From a virus, in the IMG/VR virus record IMGVR_UViG_3300046532_004322, positions 17,329-81,328 of that record: a stretch of DNA of 64,000 nucleotides. The stretch is one strand, 5' to 3'. The notes under the pieces were generated by a model. It saw only the letters and a program-made list of their open reading frames with translations. It ran no database searches and had not been told where the DNA came from. Positions 52,174-60,795 of this stretch are shown here, in pieces. Position 1 is the first letter of the stretch, and every line of letters begins with the position of its first letter. Both the position numbers and the translations under genes were made by a program.

Positions 52174-52850
52174 ATCGATTGTTTTATATCCAATAAGCAA
52201 ATATACCCATCACTTTCCAATTGTTTTTTAACAAGAAAAGTTTGAGAGCCGCCAGGATAATCGTTTCCTTCTAGTAGCACCACAGAATGATTTGACATCT
52301 GATTTCTAAAAATTCCATATTCATCTAACATCTTTTTTTGAGAAGGATATATTATATGTTTATAATTTTCATTAATCTCTTTTATACTTATTGAATTTAA
52401 TATATTCCTACCTTCTAAATAGTTTATATCTTTTATACATACTTCTTTTATTAACTCTCTTATAGGGAAATGTATATCATTTAATATCAAAAGGTCTATT
52501 TTACCCTTGACTCGATTATGATCATAGCTCTGCAGGTCACCTATGGATATCCTTTCCCTACAGTCGCTGTAGTCTGAGAATATTTTCTTTGAAATTCTTA
52601 ATTCAACCCTCTCATTCTCAAGATCTTCTCTTTCGTGGAAGATAAAGTAATTGTACTCTTTATCGTTATAGATCAAATTTGCATATATATCAAATACATC
52701 AAAATCAGAATGCTCAGACAACCTCCTTTGACTGCCTGATTGAACTATATTAGTGCCGCCGAAACCTTCAAATAAGTTATTCGCCAAAGATATTCCGTAA
52801 TACCTTTGTCCTAAGTTCGAATAGTTCTTATCCAGTAAACTCAGCTTCAT
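52158..52850 (-). CDS. Hypothetical protein
   Basis: ORF in operon. Confidence 0.6.
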   Translation of the reverse strand: MKLSLLDKNYSNLGQRYYGISLANNLFEGFGGTNIVQSGSQRRLSEHSDFDVFDIYANLIYNDKEYNYFIFHEREDLENERVELRISKKIFSDYSDCRERISIGDLQSYDHNRVKGKIDLLILNDIHFPIRELIKEVCIKDINYLEGRNILNSISIKEINENYKHIIYPSQKKMLDEYGIFRNQMSNHSVVLLEGNDYPGGSQTFLVKKQLESDGYICLLDIKQSIWLKV

Positions 52851-53896
52851 ATAGAATCATTTTTAGAAATCCCCAGAACCCTAGCTTTCCATATGCCCAT
52901 ATCTTCTATTGCGTCAGCTTCCTCTCTAACAAGCAGTTTTTGCTTTTCAGCTATATTGAGCATTCTTTTCCTGTCTTCTTCGTTTTGAAAAAGTCTTACT
53001 AGCGACAAGATAGATGCGTTACTCTTATGCCTATCCTTGACTCTTTCCTTTCTATCTCCATTTAATCTTGCAATAAGAGTCTCTTGCCTTTTTTCACATT
53101 GATTGTATTCTTCACTTTTAGTTTTAAGCAATTCAGCTAGTCTGACAGTCATATCTCTCTGATCATCACACTCTTCAAACATCCGATTCAATTTATCTAT
53201 AGCTTTGCTTATATTTTTTAAATGTATATAATCCATGCATACATTTATATATAAATTTAACTCATCACTTGTTAAATCTGGTTTATCCCATACAGATCTT
53301 ATAAACTCAGCCTCAAAAAGCCTTCTATCCTCAGAACCGCTGTAAGTATTTATAACTTGAATAAACCTAGGAGCCCCTAAAAACTTTATACAGCTAGCTG
53401 CATTATCTATCTCTTCCCTAGTCATTTTCTGCTCATTTACATCCGCATGACAATATTCGTTTATTTTCTTTACCATCCTAGTCTGAGATCTAGGCGGGAA
53501 ATACTTTTCGTTTAAAGAATCTTCACTCTTCGAAACCAGACTCTCGTCTTGATTTTTTATAAAATCAGCAACTTCCAGAACTTCTTTACTTAAATTAGAA
53601 ACGTTTACCCCTGGGAAGAGAATTCTCGAAATCTCATAAGAGGTCATTCCCTCCTTAGCGTATTGAAGTATGAATTCTTGCTGTTCTTCATCGAACTCTA
53701 TGTCTTCACGCTTTTCTTTCTTGGTCGTACTAAATTCTATGTTTTGGTCAACTAAGAATTTCCTTACCGCTCGACCCTCTTTCGTTCTACCATCTAACTC
53801 CTCATCTTCAAAGGTCGCTCGAGTGAGCTCTATCAAATCGGTAATCTCGTCCTTATTACTTGTAATGAATTCTTTTTGTTCTTGTGTTAATTTCAT
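52847..53896 (-). CDS. Hypothetical HTH/coiled-coil protein (terminase small subunit candidate)
   Basis: GMTSYEISRIL HTH-like segment; upstream of terL. Confidence 0.4.
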   Translation of the reverse strand: MKLTQEQKEFITSNKDEITDLIELTRATFEDEELDGRTKEGRAVRKFLVDQNIEFSTTKKEKREDIEFDEEQQEFILQYAKEGMTSYEISRILFPGVNVSNLSKEVLEVADFIKNQDESLVSKSEDSLNEKYFPPRSQTRMVKKINEYCHADVNEQKMTREEIDNAASCIKFLGAPRFIQVINTYSGSEDRRLFEAEFIRSVWDKPDLTSDELNLYINVCMDYIHLKNISKAIDKLNRMFEECDDQRDMTVRLAELLKTKSEEYNQCEKRQETLIARLNGDRKERVKDRHKSNASILSLVRLFQNEEDRKRMLNIAEKQKLLVREEADAIEDMGIWKARVLGISKNDSI

Positions 53897-54627
53897 ATTA
53901 TATCTTCCTCTTTTAATAACTTTTGAGCTAATGCCTTAAATACTTTTTCAAAATTCTTTATTTGTTTATACCCCGCCCTTCTTCCTTTTTCGTTACTTTT
54001 ATAACCCATAATCTTCCCTACCTCAGAAATACTCTTATTATCAATGTATAACATTTTATATATGGTATATTGTTTTTCACTTAAATATACTTTCATTAAT
54101 TTATTCAATTTATCCTTAGATTTATCTATATCAAAATCTATCCCATTCTTTTCTGCTGAAAAATTTAATACGTCATCTATGTTAGCCGCCAGGTTAATAT
54201 CTTGTGAGTATTTCTTTGATTTACTCCATTTCTTAAATAACGGACAGTTGCAATCTTGTTTTTTTGAAGAAGTCCAAGAGCAAGCGTTTTCCATCTCTTC
54301 TTTACTTATGGCCCCAGAAGTGTTGAATGGGCATTGAACACAAGGTCTAATGAAATTGGTATAATGATTTCTTAGGACATTCTTTATCTGGTTAGATATT
54401 ATCCTATTCAACCAAGGCTCAAGAGGTCTTTTCTGATCCCATAAGTGCCATTTCTTATAGATATGGGCGCAAATTATTTGAGAAACATCATCCCAGCCTA
54501 TCCAGTTAATGGCTTTAAGAAACCATTTCCCTTTCCTTTTTCCTATGCTTCTTTGGATTATCTCAAACTTATCTTCAAACCTTATTTTCTTAGGTCTTCC
54601 TCGTTTTTTCTTCTGAGGTTCCGCCAT
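53893..54627 (-). CDS. ECF-like sigma factor with Cys-rich insert
   Basis: WDDVSQII...LEPWLNRIISNQIKN region 2; LSEKQYTIYKMLY...SISEVGKIMG region 4; CVQC...C...CNC insert. Start reassigned to MAEPQ. Confidence 0.75.
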   Translation of the reverse strand: MAEPQKKKRGRPKKIRFEDKFEIIQRSIGKRKGKWFLKAINWIGWDDVSQIICAHIYKKWHLWDQKRPLEPWLNRIISNQIKNVLRNHYTNFIRPCVQCPFNTSGAISKEEMENACSWTSSKKQDCNCPLFKKWSKSKKYSQDINLAANIDDVLNFSAEKNGIDFDIDKSKDKLNKLMKVYLSEKQYTIYKMLYIDNKSISEVGKIMGYKSNEKGRRAGYKQIKNFEKVFKALAQKLLKEEDII

Positions 54628-54913
54628 TATTTTCGTTTGGTAAGTTAAATAAGTCTTCGGCCTTGAATGTTTTATTTTCAAAAGGCGAAACGTCATATTG
54701 TAAGGAATCTATATGAGGTATGAAATCGACATCCGTTTCATCCTCAGAAAGTTTTTCGGCCCTTTTCGCTTCAGGAGCTTTTCTCGCCATAGTTTTTCTA
54801 CCTGAGGAGGAGGCCTCCTCACCAAAAGGTTTTCCACAACTTGAGCAAAACTTAGGAGCTATTCCTAAGAATTGTGTTTTTGAGCCACACGATTTACAAT
54901 ATTTAAATGCCAT
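54590..54913 (-). CDS. Zinc-ribbon protein
   Basis: YCKSCG...FCSSCG. Confidence 0.75.
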   Translation of the reverse strand: MAFKYCKSCGSKTQFLGIAPKFCSSCGKPFGEEASSSGRKTMARKAPEAKRAEKLSEDETDVDFIPHIDSLQYDVSPFENKTFKAEDLFNLPNENNGGTSEEKTRKT

Positions 54914-55161
54914 TATTTTATAACTATTATTTTTTCGATTTTTACTCCTTTTTCCCCGTCATTCCCGTCAGATTTTAAAAGTCTTCTTGGTATTTTAGAA
55001 TCTTGAGTCTGTATAATGAAAATATTAGAATCTTTAATCGCTAATTTCCCCTTTAGGTCTTCTACGACATCATCTTGCTTCTTAAAGTACCATCTCCTGT
55101 GTAAAATAGCTACGACTAAAGTAGCAACAGAGCTTATTACAGCCGCAATTATAGCCTCCAA
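54913..55161 (-). CDS. Small protein with a single N-terminal TM helix
   Basis: IIAAVISSVATLVVAIL. Confidence 0.6.
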   Translation of the reverse strand: MEAIIAAVISSVATLVVAILHRRWYFKKQDDVVEDLKGKLAIKDSNIFIIQTQDSKIPRRLLKSDGNDGEKGVKIEKIIVIK

Positions 55162-55220
55162 TTCAAACCTCCATTTAATTTAATTAATTTCATTATTACT
55201 ATAATAACAAAAAAAATAAA

Positions 55221-55409
55221 TTATTCAATTATTTTTTCAAGTTCTACCAAAGCGTCTCCCTCATAGAACTTTAGGTCATCATTGTATACAAATATCACGG
55301 CGAACATCTTATCGTGTCTATCGTACCCCGTTTCTTTATATATTTTAATTATTTTTCCGCATAAAAGCTTTCCGTCTTTCTCAAACTTTACGGATTGACC
55401 TTCTTCCAT
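55221..55409 (-). CDS. Hypothetical small protein
   Basis: ORF overlapping subtilase end. Confidence 0.55.
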   Translation of the reverse strand: MEEGQSVKFEKDGKLLCGKIIKIYKETGYDRHDKMFAVIFVYNDDLKFYEGDALVELEKIIE

Positions 55410-56686
55410 TTTTCCCTCATCTCATCATCAAATTTACCATCAAAATCTACATCCCCATTCTCATTAATATGTGGAACATAAATATTATTATCTTCCAGCT
55501 TGTTATTTAAATAGACTATAATCCCTAATAAAACTATTACCAAAATACTTATTCCTCCCCATAGATATAAATTTTTTCTTGACTCGTACTTTGGGGAATT
55601 TCTATCTGGATAAGGCTTCGGTATGTCTGGCTCAGGCTTAGGTCTAGGCTTTGGCTCTGGCTCTGGCTCTGGCTTTAATACGGGAGGTTTCTGCGGAGGT
55701 TTTGGCTTTTGGGGTATAGGTTTAGGATCGGGCTTCGGTTCAGGTTTCGGTTCAGGCTTCGGCTTCTGGATTTTTTCCTTTTCTAAAATTAAACTTTCTA
55801 CATCAATAGTTCCGTACCCCCATAAATTGTCTTTTCCAATTACGCCTCTATCTTTTGAATACTTTAATAAATGCTCTCTTATTCCTGCGACAGTTTTACA
55901 ATCATTTCTCATCCCTTCTTTTTGTTGCTTTTTGTGCTTTGAAAGCATTAGGCATATCACTCCAGTTATAAAAGGGCAGGCCATAGATGTCCCGCTTAAT
56001 TTCGCGTATCTATTATTTAGAAAAGTACTATATATTTGGACTCCTGGAGCAGCCCACTCGACTTGTTTTCCTCTTGATGAAAATTTTGCTATATCACCAG
56101 ATTGGGAAAATGCAGCCACGGCAATCGTTTCATCGTAAGCCGCAGGCCAGTTAACTCCGCCCTCACCAGTATTTCCCGCAGCACACACAACTGGGATATT
56201 CATTGAGCAAAGTTTTTTAATTCTAGATTCTATTTGTGAAGACGGTTTGTTTCCCCCTAAGCTCATAGACACGACGTCGGGTTTTATTTCTATCGCATAG
56301 TCTAAAGCTTGAGCTAAAGTCTGATAGCTACCACTGCCATTTTTATCCAAGGCTTTTACTGATATGCATTTAGTCTTAGGCGCAACGCCAACCATACCTT
56401 CTTCATTATTCTTCGCGCATATTATTCCCGCGCAATGAGTGTGGTGACCGTTTTGATCCATTATAGTTTCGCTCCGTATAAAGGTTTTTCCCTTTATTAC
56501 GTTATCACCTAAATCGGGGTGAGCGGGATGTCCAGTATCTATAATCATTGCAGTTATACCTTCGCCCTGCGTGACCTTCCATGTTTCGGGAACATTAAAT
56601 TGATTCAATCCCCAATCAATGACTTGAGCGAGAGCCCGTATTCTGGTATCTATTTTAAACTCAGGTAGATTTGTTGCTTCTCTCAT
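55388..56686 (-). CDS. S8 subtilase with Pro/Lys/Glu linker and C-terminal TM helix
   Basis: IDTG, NGHHTHCAG, AAGN, GTSMACP; (PKPE)n linker; WGGISILVIVLLGIIVYL. Confidence 0.92.
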   Translation of the reverse strand: MREATNLPEFKIDTRIRALAQVIDWGLNQFNVPETWKVTQGEGITAMIIDTGHPAHPDLGDNVIKGKTFIRSETIMDQNGHHTHCAGIICAKNNEEGMVGVAPKTKCISVKALDKNGSGSYQTLAQALDYAIEIKPDVVSMSLGGNKPSSQIESRIKKLCSMNIPVVCAAGNTGEGGVNWPAAYDETIAVAAFSQSGDIAKFSSRGKQVEWAAPGVQIYSTFLNNRYAKLSGTSMACPFITGVICLMLSKHKKQQKEGMRNDCKTVAGIREHLLKYSKDRGVIGKDNLWGYGTIDVESLILEKEKIQKPKPEPKPEPKPDPKPIPQKPKPPQKPPVLKPEPEPEPKPRPKPEPDIPKPYPDRNSPKYESRKNLYLWGGISILVIVLLGIIVYLNNKLEDNNIYVPHINENGDVDFDGKFDDEMREKWKKVNP

Positions 56687-57407
56687 TTAATTCTATTTTT
56701 TTAATAATATACTTTAATATTACACTCCTTTTGATATCTTTAAAGTCAAAAGTGAAATTATGTATTCCTTGCTTCTTACTAGCGTCATCATTAAATACCC
56801 CTTTTATCTTACTAAATCCGCTCCTTCCGTTGATGTCGCTCTGCATGGGATCTCCGCAAATAAACATTTTACTATTCTCTCCAATTCGGGTAATTAACGT
56901 AATTAATTCCTTCTCGCTGAAATTTTGACACTCGTCGGCAACTACTATCTGATTATTAATACTCGCTCCTCGTAGATAATTTATGGGCATCGCAGATACG
57001 ACTTTTTTATTAATCATGGCGCGCGCATCCGAGGCTTGTAATAATTCGAATAATTTATCCTCGAGAGGCATCATGAATGGACAAAACTTCTCGTCAACAC
57101 TTCCTGGTAGTGCTCCCATGCCTCTATCGGCGCTTTCTATTATGGTTCGCACATAACTAATGTTATATTCATTGTCTTGATTAAATAATTGGAGAGCTCC
57201 ATATATTGCCATGAAGGTCTTGCTCGTCCCTGCTGGACCACTCAGAAAAATAATCTTAGTGTCCTTGTCGAACATTATCTTCAGTAACTCTTTTTGCTTG
57301 TCGGAAAATTCTATCTTTTTAAGCTTAATTTTCGTTTTTTTAAACGAGCTTATTATATTTTCTATTTCCTCGGAATCCTCTATGTCGGGTTTTTTGCGCC
57401 TTGGCAT
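56661..57407 (-). CDS. phoH: PhoH-family ATPase
   Basis: GPAGTSKT, GALPG, YLRGASI, DECQN, TRIGE, GDPMQSD. Confidence 0.92.
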   Translation of the reverse strand: MPRRKKPDIEDSEEIENIISSFKKTKIKLKKIEFSDKQKELLKIMFDKDTKIIFLSGPAGTSKTFMAIYGALQLFNQDNEYNISYVRTIIESADRGMGALPGSVDEKFCPFMMPLEDKLFELLQASDARAMINKKVVSAMPINYLRGASINNQIVVADECQNFSEKELITLITRIGENSKMFICGDPMQSDINGRSGFSKIKGVFNDDASKKQGIHNFTFDFKDIKRSVILKYIIKKIELNERSNKST

Positions 57408-57608
57408 ATTATTATATGCTATATGTTACAGCTATTTTTTGCAAAGTGCCGATTTTTTTTCAAAAAACTATATATTATAATAAAATAATGCTTCAGACTT
57501 TGAGTAAAACCACCCCCCCTCCGCCAGCAAAGCAAGGCAACTCCAAAAAATTCAAAAAACGGGGGGGGATCGTGCAACTTTTTAGTTGAAATGAAAGTCG
57601 TTATCGGT

Positions 57609-57637
57609 TTGCGTTTGGGTCGAAGTTGTCGTACCTT
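57609..57637 (+). promoter_or_regulatory. Cassette promoter P1
   Basis: TTGCGT-17-TACCTT. Confidence 0.7.
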
Positions 57638-57680
57638 GTTAATAGTTAATCATTCGTACCTATTCAAAAAAATCAAAATT

Positions 57681-57905
57681 ATGTCAAAAAAATTCGAAAA
57701 AGGAAAAATCAAATCCCTGAAGGTTGGAAGTCTTTACCATTCAACGACTAACAATAAGTGCGTTCGTTTGGTCGAGTTACATATCCAAGCAAGAATTTGC
57801 ATAATAAAGCATCATACTCAAGATCACTTGTTTCAATCGGAAGTCTTTTTCCAAGACTTGGAAGTTGCTACAGGTGAACAGGTTAAGAAATATTTTCAAA
57901 GGTAA
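57681..57905 (+). CDS. Small cassette protein, paralogue of 59616-59834
   Basis: Start MSKKF; about 74% identity (49/66 by hand) to paralogue. Confidence 0.8.
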   Translation: MSKKFEKGKIKSLKVGSLYHSTTNNKCVRLVELHIQARICIIKHHTQDHLFQSEVFFQDLEVATGEQVKKYFQR

Positions 57906-57931
57906 AACCAAAAAACAAAAGGAAAATTATA

Positions 57932-58174
57932 ATGGAAGACGAAAAAACGGAAGAAGAAAAGTCAACTTTTTACAGGCTTGACTTAACTCGGGATCAATGG
58001 GATAACTTAAAAGCTTCATTGTATCGTGCACAAACTATCGCAAAGGACAGGATGGAAAAATTGATCGAGGAAAAAGATCCTGCAAAGGAAACTATTCTTG
58101 ATCTTTTCGAAGATATGCAAAAAGCCCGTCAAGCTGTCGATCTTGCTTGGAATTATAACTACATTCTAAAGTGA
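57932..58174 (+). CDS. Small helical cassette protein
   Basis: AAGGA RBS; ORF track. Confidence 0.75.
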   Translation: MEDEKTEEEKSTFYRLDLTRDQWDNLKASLYRAQTIAKDRMEKLIEEKDPAKETILDLFEDMQKARQAVDLAWNYNYILK

Positions 58175-58221
58175 TTTTCGTAATAATCTTTGCTGTTTTC
58201 GTTGCTTGGATAAATCAATAA
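58171..58221 (+). CDS. 16-aa hydrophobic micro-ORF MIFVIIFAVFVAWINQ
   Basis: GTGA overlap with upstream stop; similar to 60191 and 62514 peptides. Confidence 0.5.
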   Translation: MIFVIIFAVFVAWINQ

Positions 58222-58261
58222 AAGAAAGGGAAAACACAATGTCCTTTTAAACAAAAAAGTT

Positions 58262-58293
58262 GCCCGATCTTCGCAAGAGGATCGGGCTTTTTT
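58262..58293 (+). terminator. Cassette terminator T1
   Basis: GCCCGATCTTC-GCAA-GAGGATCGGGC then T6; compensatory variant of T2-T5. Confidence 0.9.
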
Positions 58294-58385
58294 ATGCCCG
58301 AATCAGTCACAAGAGAATTGTGCAATAGATTGGCAGGATCGTGCTTGGAATAGTGCAACGATGTAACGCGATCAGTCAACTGTCA

Positions 58386-58458
58386 TAAGTCACTGATGCC
58401 CAAGGGTTTAGGGACGGCGGCAGCCGCCCACGCTAAACCTTTGGGGGTCAACGACTTA
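58386..58458. repeat. 73-bp double-dyad element, copy A
   Basis: TAAGTCACTG ATGCC CAAGGGTTTA GGGAC GGCGGCAGCCGCC CACGC TAAACCTTTG GGGGT CAACGACTTA. Confidence 0.95.
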
Positions 58459-58596
58459 CGACACGCCATGTACGAGAGAATTGTGCAATACAAAAGTGTA
58501 ATCAGGCAACTAAAAAGTTGCACAATACGATTGCCCTGTGATAGGATAGTGTAAGAAAACAGGCGAATGTTCTTGGCATATTTGGTCAAATATAAT

Positions 58597-58625
58597 TCGC
58601 TATTCGGCGGGGTTTGCCGTACCTT
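58597..58625 (+). promoter_or_regulatory. Cassette promoter P2 (leaderless)
   Basis: TCGCTA-17-TACCTT-7 nt-ATG. Confidence 0.7.
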
Positions 58626-58632
58626 GTATTAT

Positions 58633-58878
58633 ATGAAATCGCTCTCTTCTCTCTTTTTGCATTCTCACGCCCGTAAAGGGTCTTTAGCTGAACAGCTTTT
58701 TTGGATGGCTCGGATTGATTTTCTTTTGGAAAATCCGAATTCTCCAATGATTCAAACAAGGCAAGATCTTTCGCCTGTTTGCGTTCTGCCTGAAATCGAA
58801 ACTTTGAAAAAGTCATGGCTTGAACAAACCAAACAAGGTGAGGTTAATCGCCTTAAGACTTCGCCTTTAGTACGATAA
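58633..58878 (+). CDS. Small cassette protein
   Basis: Start reassigned to MKSLS at promoter. Confidence 0.7.
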   Translation: MKSLSSLFLHSHARKGSLAEQLFWMARIDFLLENPNSPMIQTRQDLSPVCVLPEIETLKKSWLEQTKQGEVNRLKTSPLVR

Positions 58879-58899
58879 CCAAATAAGGAGAAAAACAAT

Positions 58900-59163
58900 A
58901 TGAGCTACGAAATCGAAAAAAGAATAGACGAATTGCAAAAATTAACGCAAGACAGATGCGATCTCGAAAACGAAAAACCCGAAAACGAAGAGGAGGAATC
59001 CGAACGGCAGAATTCTCTTGATTGCAACGCCTACGAATCGGAAGAAGTGACTAAGGAAATCAAAAGCCTTTGCGCTTCCGCAGGTGAGCAAATCGAAAAT
59101 GCTGAAAATCTTTTAGGAATAACTGAAGGAAAAAGTCAATTTCCAATGTGGACAATCAAATGA
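58900..59163 (+). CDS. Small acidic coiled-coil cassette protein
   Basis: AAGGAG RBS. Confidence 0.8.
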   Translation: MSYEIEKRIDELQKLTQDRCDLENEKPENEEEESERQNSLDCNAYESEEVTKEIKSLCASAGEQIENAENLLGITEGKSQFPMWTIK

Positions 59164-59225
59164 TTATCATCGAATTAAGTTGCATAATCGCACCGCCCGC
59201 CTTAATCGTTCTTTACCTACTCTGA
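59160..59225 (+). CDS. 21-aa hydrophobic micro-ORF MIIIELSCIIAPPALIVLYLL
   Basis: ATGA overlap; ends just before terminator. Confidence 0.45.
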   Translation: MIIIELSCIIAPPALIVLYLL

Positions 59226-59231
59226 AAAGTT

Positions 59232-59263
59232 GCCCTATCCTCGCAAGGGGATAGGGCTTCTTT
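59232..59263 (+). terminator. Cassette terminator T2
   Basis: GCCCTATCCTC-GCAA-GGGGATAGGGC then TTCTTT. Confidence 0.85.
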
Positions 59264-59355
59264 ATGCCCGAATCAGTCACAAGAGAATTGTGCAATAGAT
59301 TGGCAGGATCGTGCTTGGAATAGTGCAACGATGTAACGCGATCAGTCAACTGTCA

Positions 59356-59428
59356 TAAGTCACTGATGCCCAAGGGTTTAGCGTGGGCGGCTGCCGCCGT
59401 CCCTAAACCTTTGGGGGTCAACGACTTA
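59356..59428. repeat. 73-bp element, copy B (core inverted relative to A)
   Basis: Arms identical to A; 23-bp core is the exact reverse complement of A's core. Confidence 0.95.
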
Positions 59429-59579
59429 CAACACGCCATGTACGAGAGAATTGTGCAATGCAAAAGTGTAATCAGGCAACTAAAAAGTTGCACAATACGA
59501 TTGCCCTGTGAGAGCATTAGTCAACTTCCTAGTAATCGAATCGTGCAAGAAAATAGGTGAATATTTGGAGCGATTTAAT

Positions 59580-59608
59580 TCGCTATTTACCCCTTTTGCT
59601 CGTATCTT
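59580..59608 (+). promoter_or_regulatory. Cassette promoter P3 (leaderless)
   Basis: TCGCTA-17-TATCTT-7 nt-ATG. Confidence 0.7.
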
Positions 59609-59615
59609 GTATTAT

Positions 59616-59834
59616 ATGAAATTCGAATACGGAAATATCGACTCGCTGAAAGAGGGTACTTTGTACCATAGCAAGCAAAACAATAAAGTCGTGCGACTCG
59701 TAGAGTTGCACAAACAAGCAAGAATATGCATAATCAAGCACCATGCACAAGATCACTTGTTTCAACCCGAAGTCTTTTTTAAGGACTTAACCAAGGCAAC
59801 GAGCGATCAAGTCGAGGCTTACTTTCAAAGGTAA
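59616..59834 (+). CDS. Small cassette protein, paralogue of 57681-57905
   Basis: Start reassigned to MKFEY. Confidence 0.8.
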   Translation: MKFEYGNIDSLKEGTLYHSKQNNKVVRLVELHKQARICIIKHHAQDHLFQPEVFFKDLTKATSDQVEAYFQR

Positions 59835-59861
59835 GCTTTCAATCAAAACAAAAGGAAAATC

Positions 59862-60188
59862 ATGCGACAAGTAACGGAACATATCAAAAACGCCTTTTGT
59901 CAAGGCTTATCCTTGACAGTTGGAAACACTAAAACAGATGGTACAAGCGTCTTTCTTCACGGCAACGAGATTGTCAGGAGAGATCCAAGCGGGTTAGTCT
60001 TTGCTACGCTTGCGGGTTGGAACACTCGCACGACAATGGAAAGAGTCAACGGCATTACAGGAATGAATTTTCATCAAGTCGGGTTTGTTGCTTGTCTTGA
60101 TGACGAACCAATTTGCGAAGACGATTGGTTTGTGCAAACCCATGACGGAACGGCAACCGCCTTGCCTCCTCCTCCTTTGTCAATATAA
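59862..60188 (+). CDS. Phage hypothetical protein (LHGN.I / GW.T.TT..R.N type)
   Basis: AAGGA RBS; motif pattern recalled from phage accessory regions. Confidence 0.75.
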   Translation: MRQVTEHIKNAFCQGLSLTVGNTKTDGTSVFLHGNEIVRRDPSGLVFATLAGWNTRTTMERVNGITGMNFHQVGFVACLDDEPICEDDWFVQTHDGTATALPPPPLSI

Positions 60189-60190
60189 TC

Positions 60191-60244
60191 ATGCTTTTAG
60201 CAATTGTACTTTACTCTTGTTTAGTTGCCTATTCGAATTGGTAA
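60191..60244 (+). CDS. 17-aa hydrophobic micro-ORF MLLAIVLYSCLVAYSNW
   Basis: ATG 2 nt after upstream stop, before terminator. Confidence 0.5.
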   Translation: MLLAIVLYSCLVAYSNW

Positions 60245-60261
60245 AAAAACCTTAGAAAGTT

Positions 60262-60293
60262 GCCCTATCCTCGCAAGGGGATAGGGCTTTTCT
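60262..60293 (+). terminator. Cassette terminator T3
   Basis: Same hairpin as T2 then TTTTCT. Confidence 0.85.
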
Positions 60294-60316
60294 ATGCCCC
60301 AATTAGTCACCTTTCA

Positions 60317-60389
60317 TAAGTTACTGATACCCAAGGGTTTAGCCTTGGCGGCTGCCGCCGTCCCTAAACCTTTGGGGAGCAACGACTTA
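60317..60389. repeat. 73-bp element, copy C
   Basis: TAAGTTACTG ATACC CAAGGGTTTA GCCTT GGCGGCTGCCGCC GTCCC TAAACCTTTG GGGAG CAACGACTTA. Confidence 0.95.
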
Positions 60390-60474
60390 CAAGAAGTGAC
60401 CGATACCACTAAAAAGTTGCATCTTGGTGCTGATCCGCAAGCGGATCGTGCAATAAGATAGTTGAATATTTAGT

Positions 60475-60503
60475 TCGCTATTTGGAGGGGCTTGTCGTAT
60501 CTT
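60475..60503 (+). promoter_or_regulatory. Cassette promoter P4 (leaderless)
   Basis: TCGCTA-17-TATCTT-6 nt-ATG. Confidence 0.7.
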
Positions 60504-60509
60504 GTACTT

Positions 60510-60734
60510 ATGATAAATGATGATTCCCTCGCCCGCACCGCTCACGCTCTCGGCATGACTGATGTCGAATTTACCGCACGGGAGGCGATTCTCGCACTTC
60601 CTCCCGTCTCGGATATTCCCCCGCCCCCGCCTATTCCCAAAGGCGTTCGTCCTCTTCCTCAAATTGAATCCACCCCCAAGGAACTCAGCGATTGGGTTAC
60701 TCAGGATCTTCTAGACGGGGCGTTCGACGACTAA
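60510..60734 (+). CDS. Small Pro-rich cassette protein
   Basis: Single-gene cassette bounded by promoter and terminator. Confidence 0.75.
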   Translation: MINDDSLARTAHALGMTDVEFTAREAILALPPVSDIPPPPPIPKGVRPLPQIESTPKELSDWVTQDLLDGAFDD

Positions 60735-60740
60735 AAAGTT

Positions 60741-60772
60741 GCCCTATCCTCGTAAGGGGATAGGGCTTTTCT
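60741..60772 (+). terminator. Cassette terminator T4
   Basis: Same stem with GTAA loop (GNRA kept). Confidence 0.85.
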
Positions 60773-60795
60773 ATGCCCCAATTAGTCACCTGTCA

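Noticed and set aside
55623-56138. Gly/Phe/Ser-rich 171-aa plus-strand ORF
   Set aside because: Antisense shadow of the subtilase PKPE linker
462-57589. Numerous 60-150-aa ORFs antisense to or nested in long genes
   Set aside because: No motifs, no RBS or promoter, and fully overlapping well-supported genes
58383-59560. ORFs 58383..58589(-), 59167..59349(-), 59366..59560(+) encoding LAWAAAAVPKPLG etc.
   Set aside because: Translations of the palindromic element and its flanks. The same peptide appearing on opposite strands simply reflects the core inversion.
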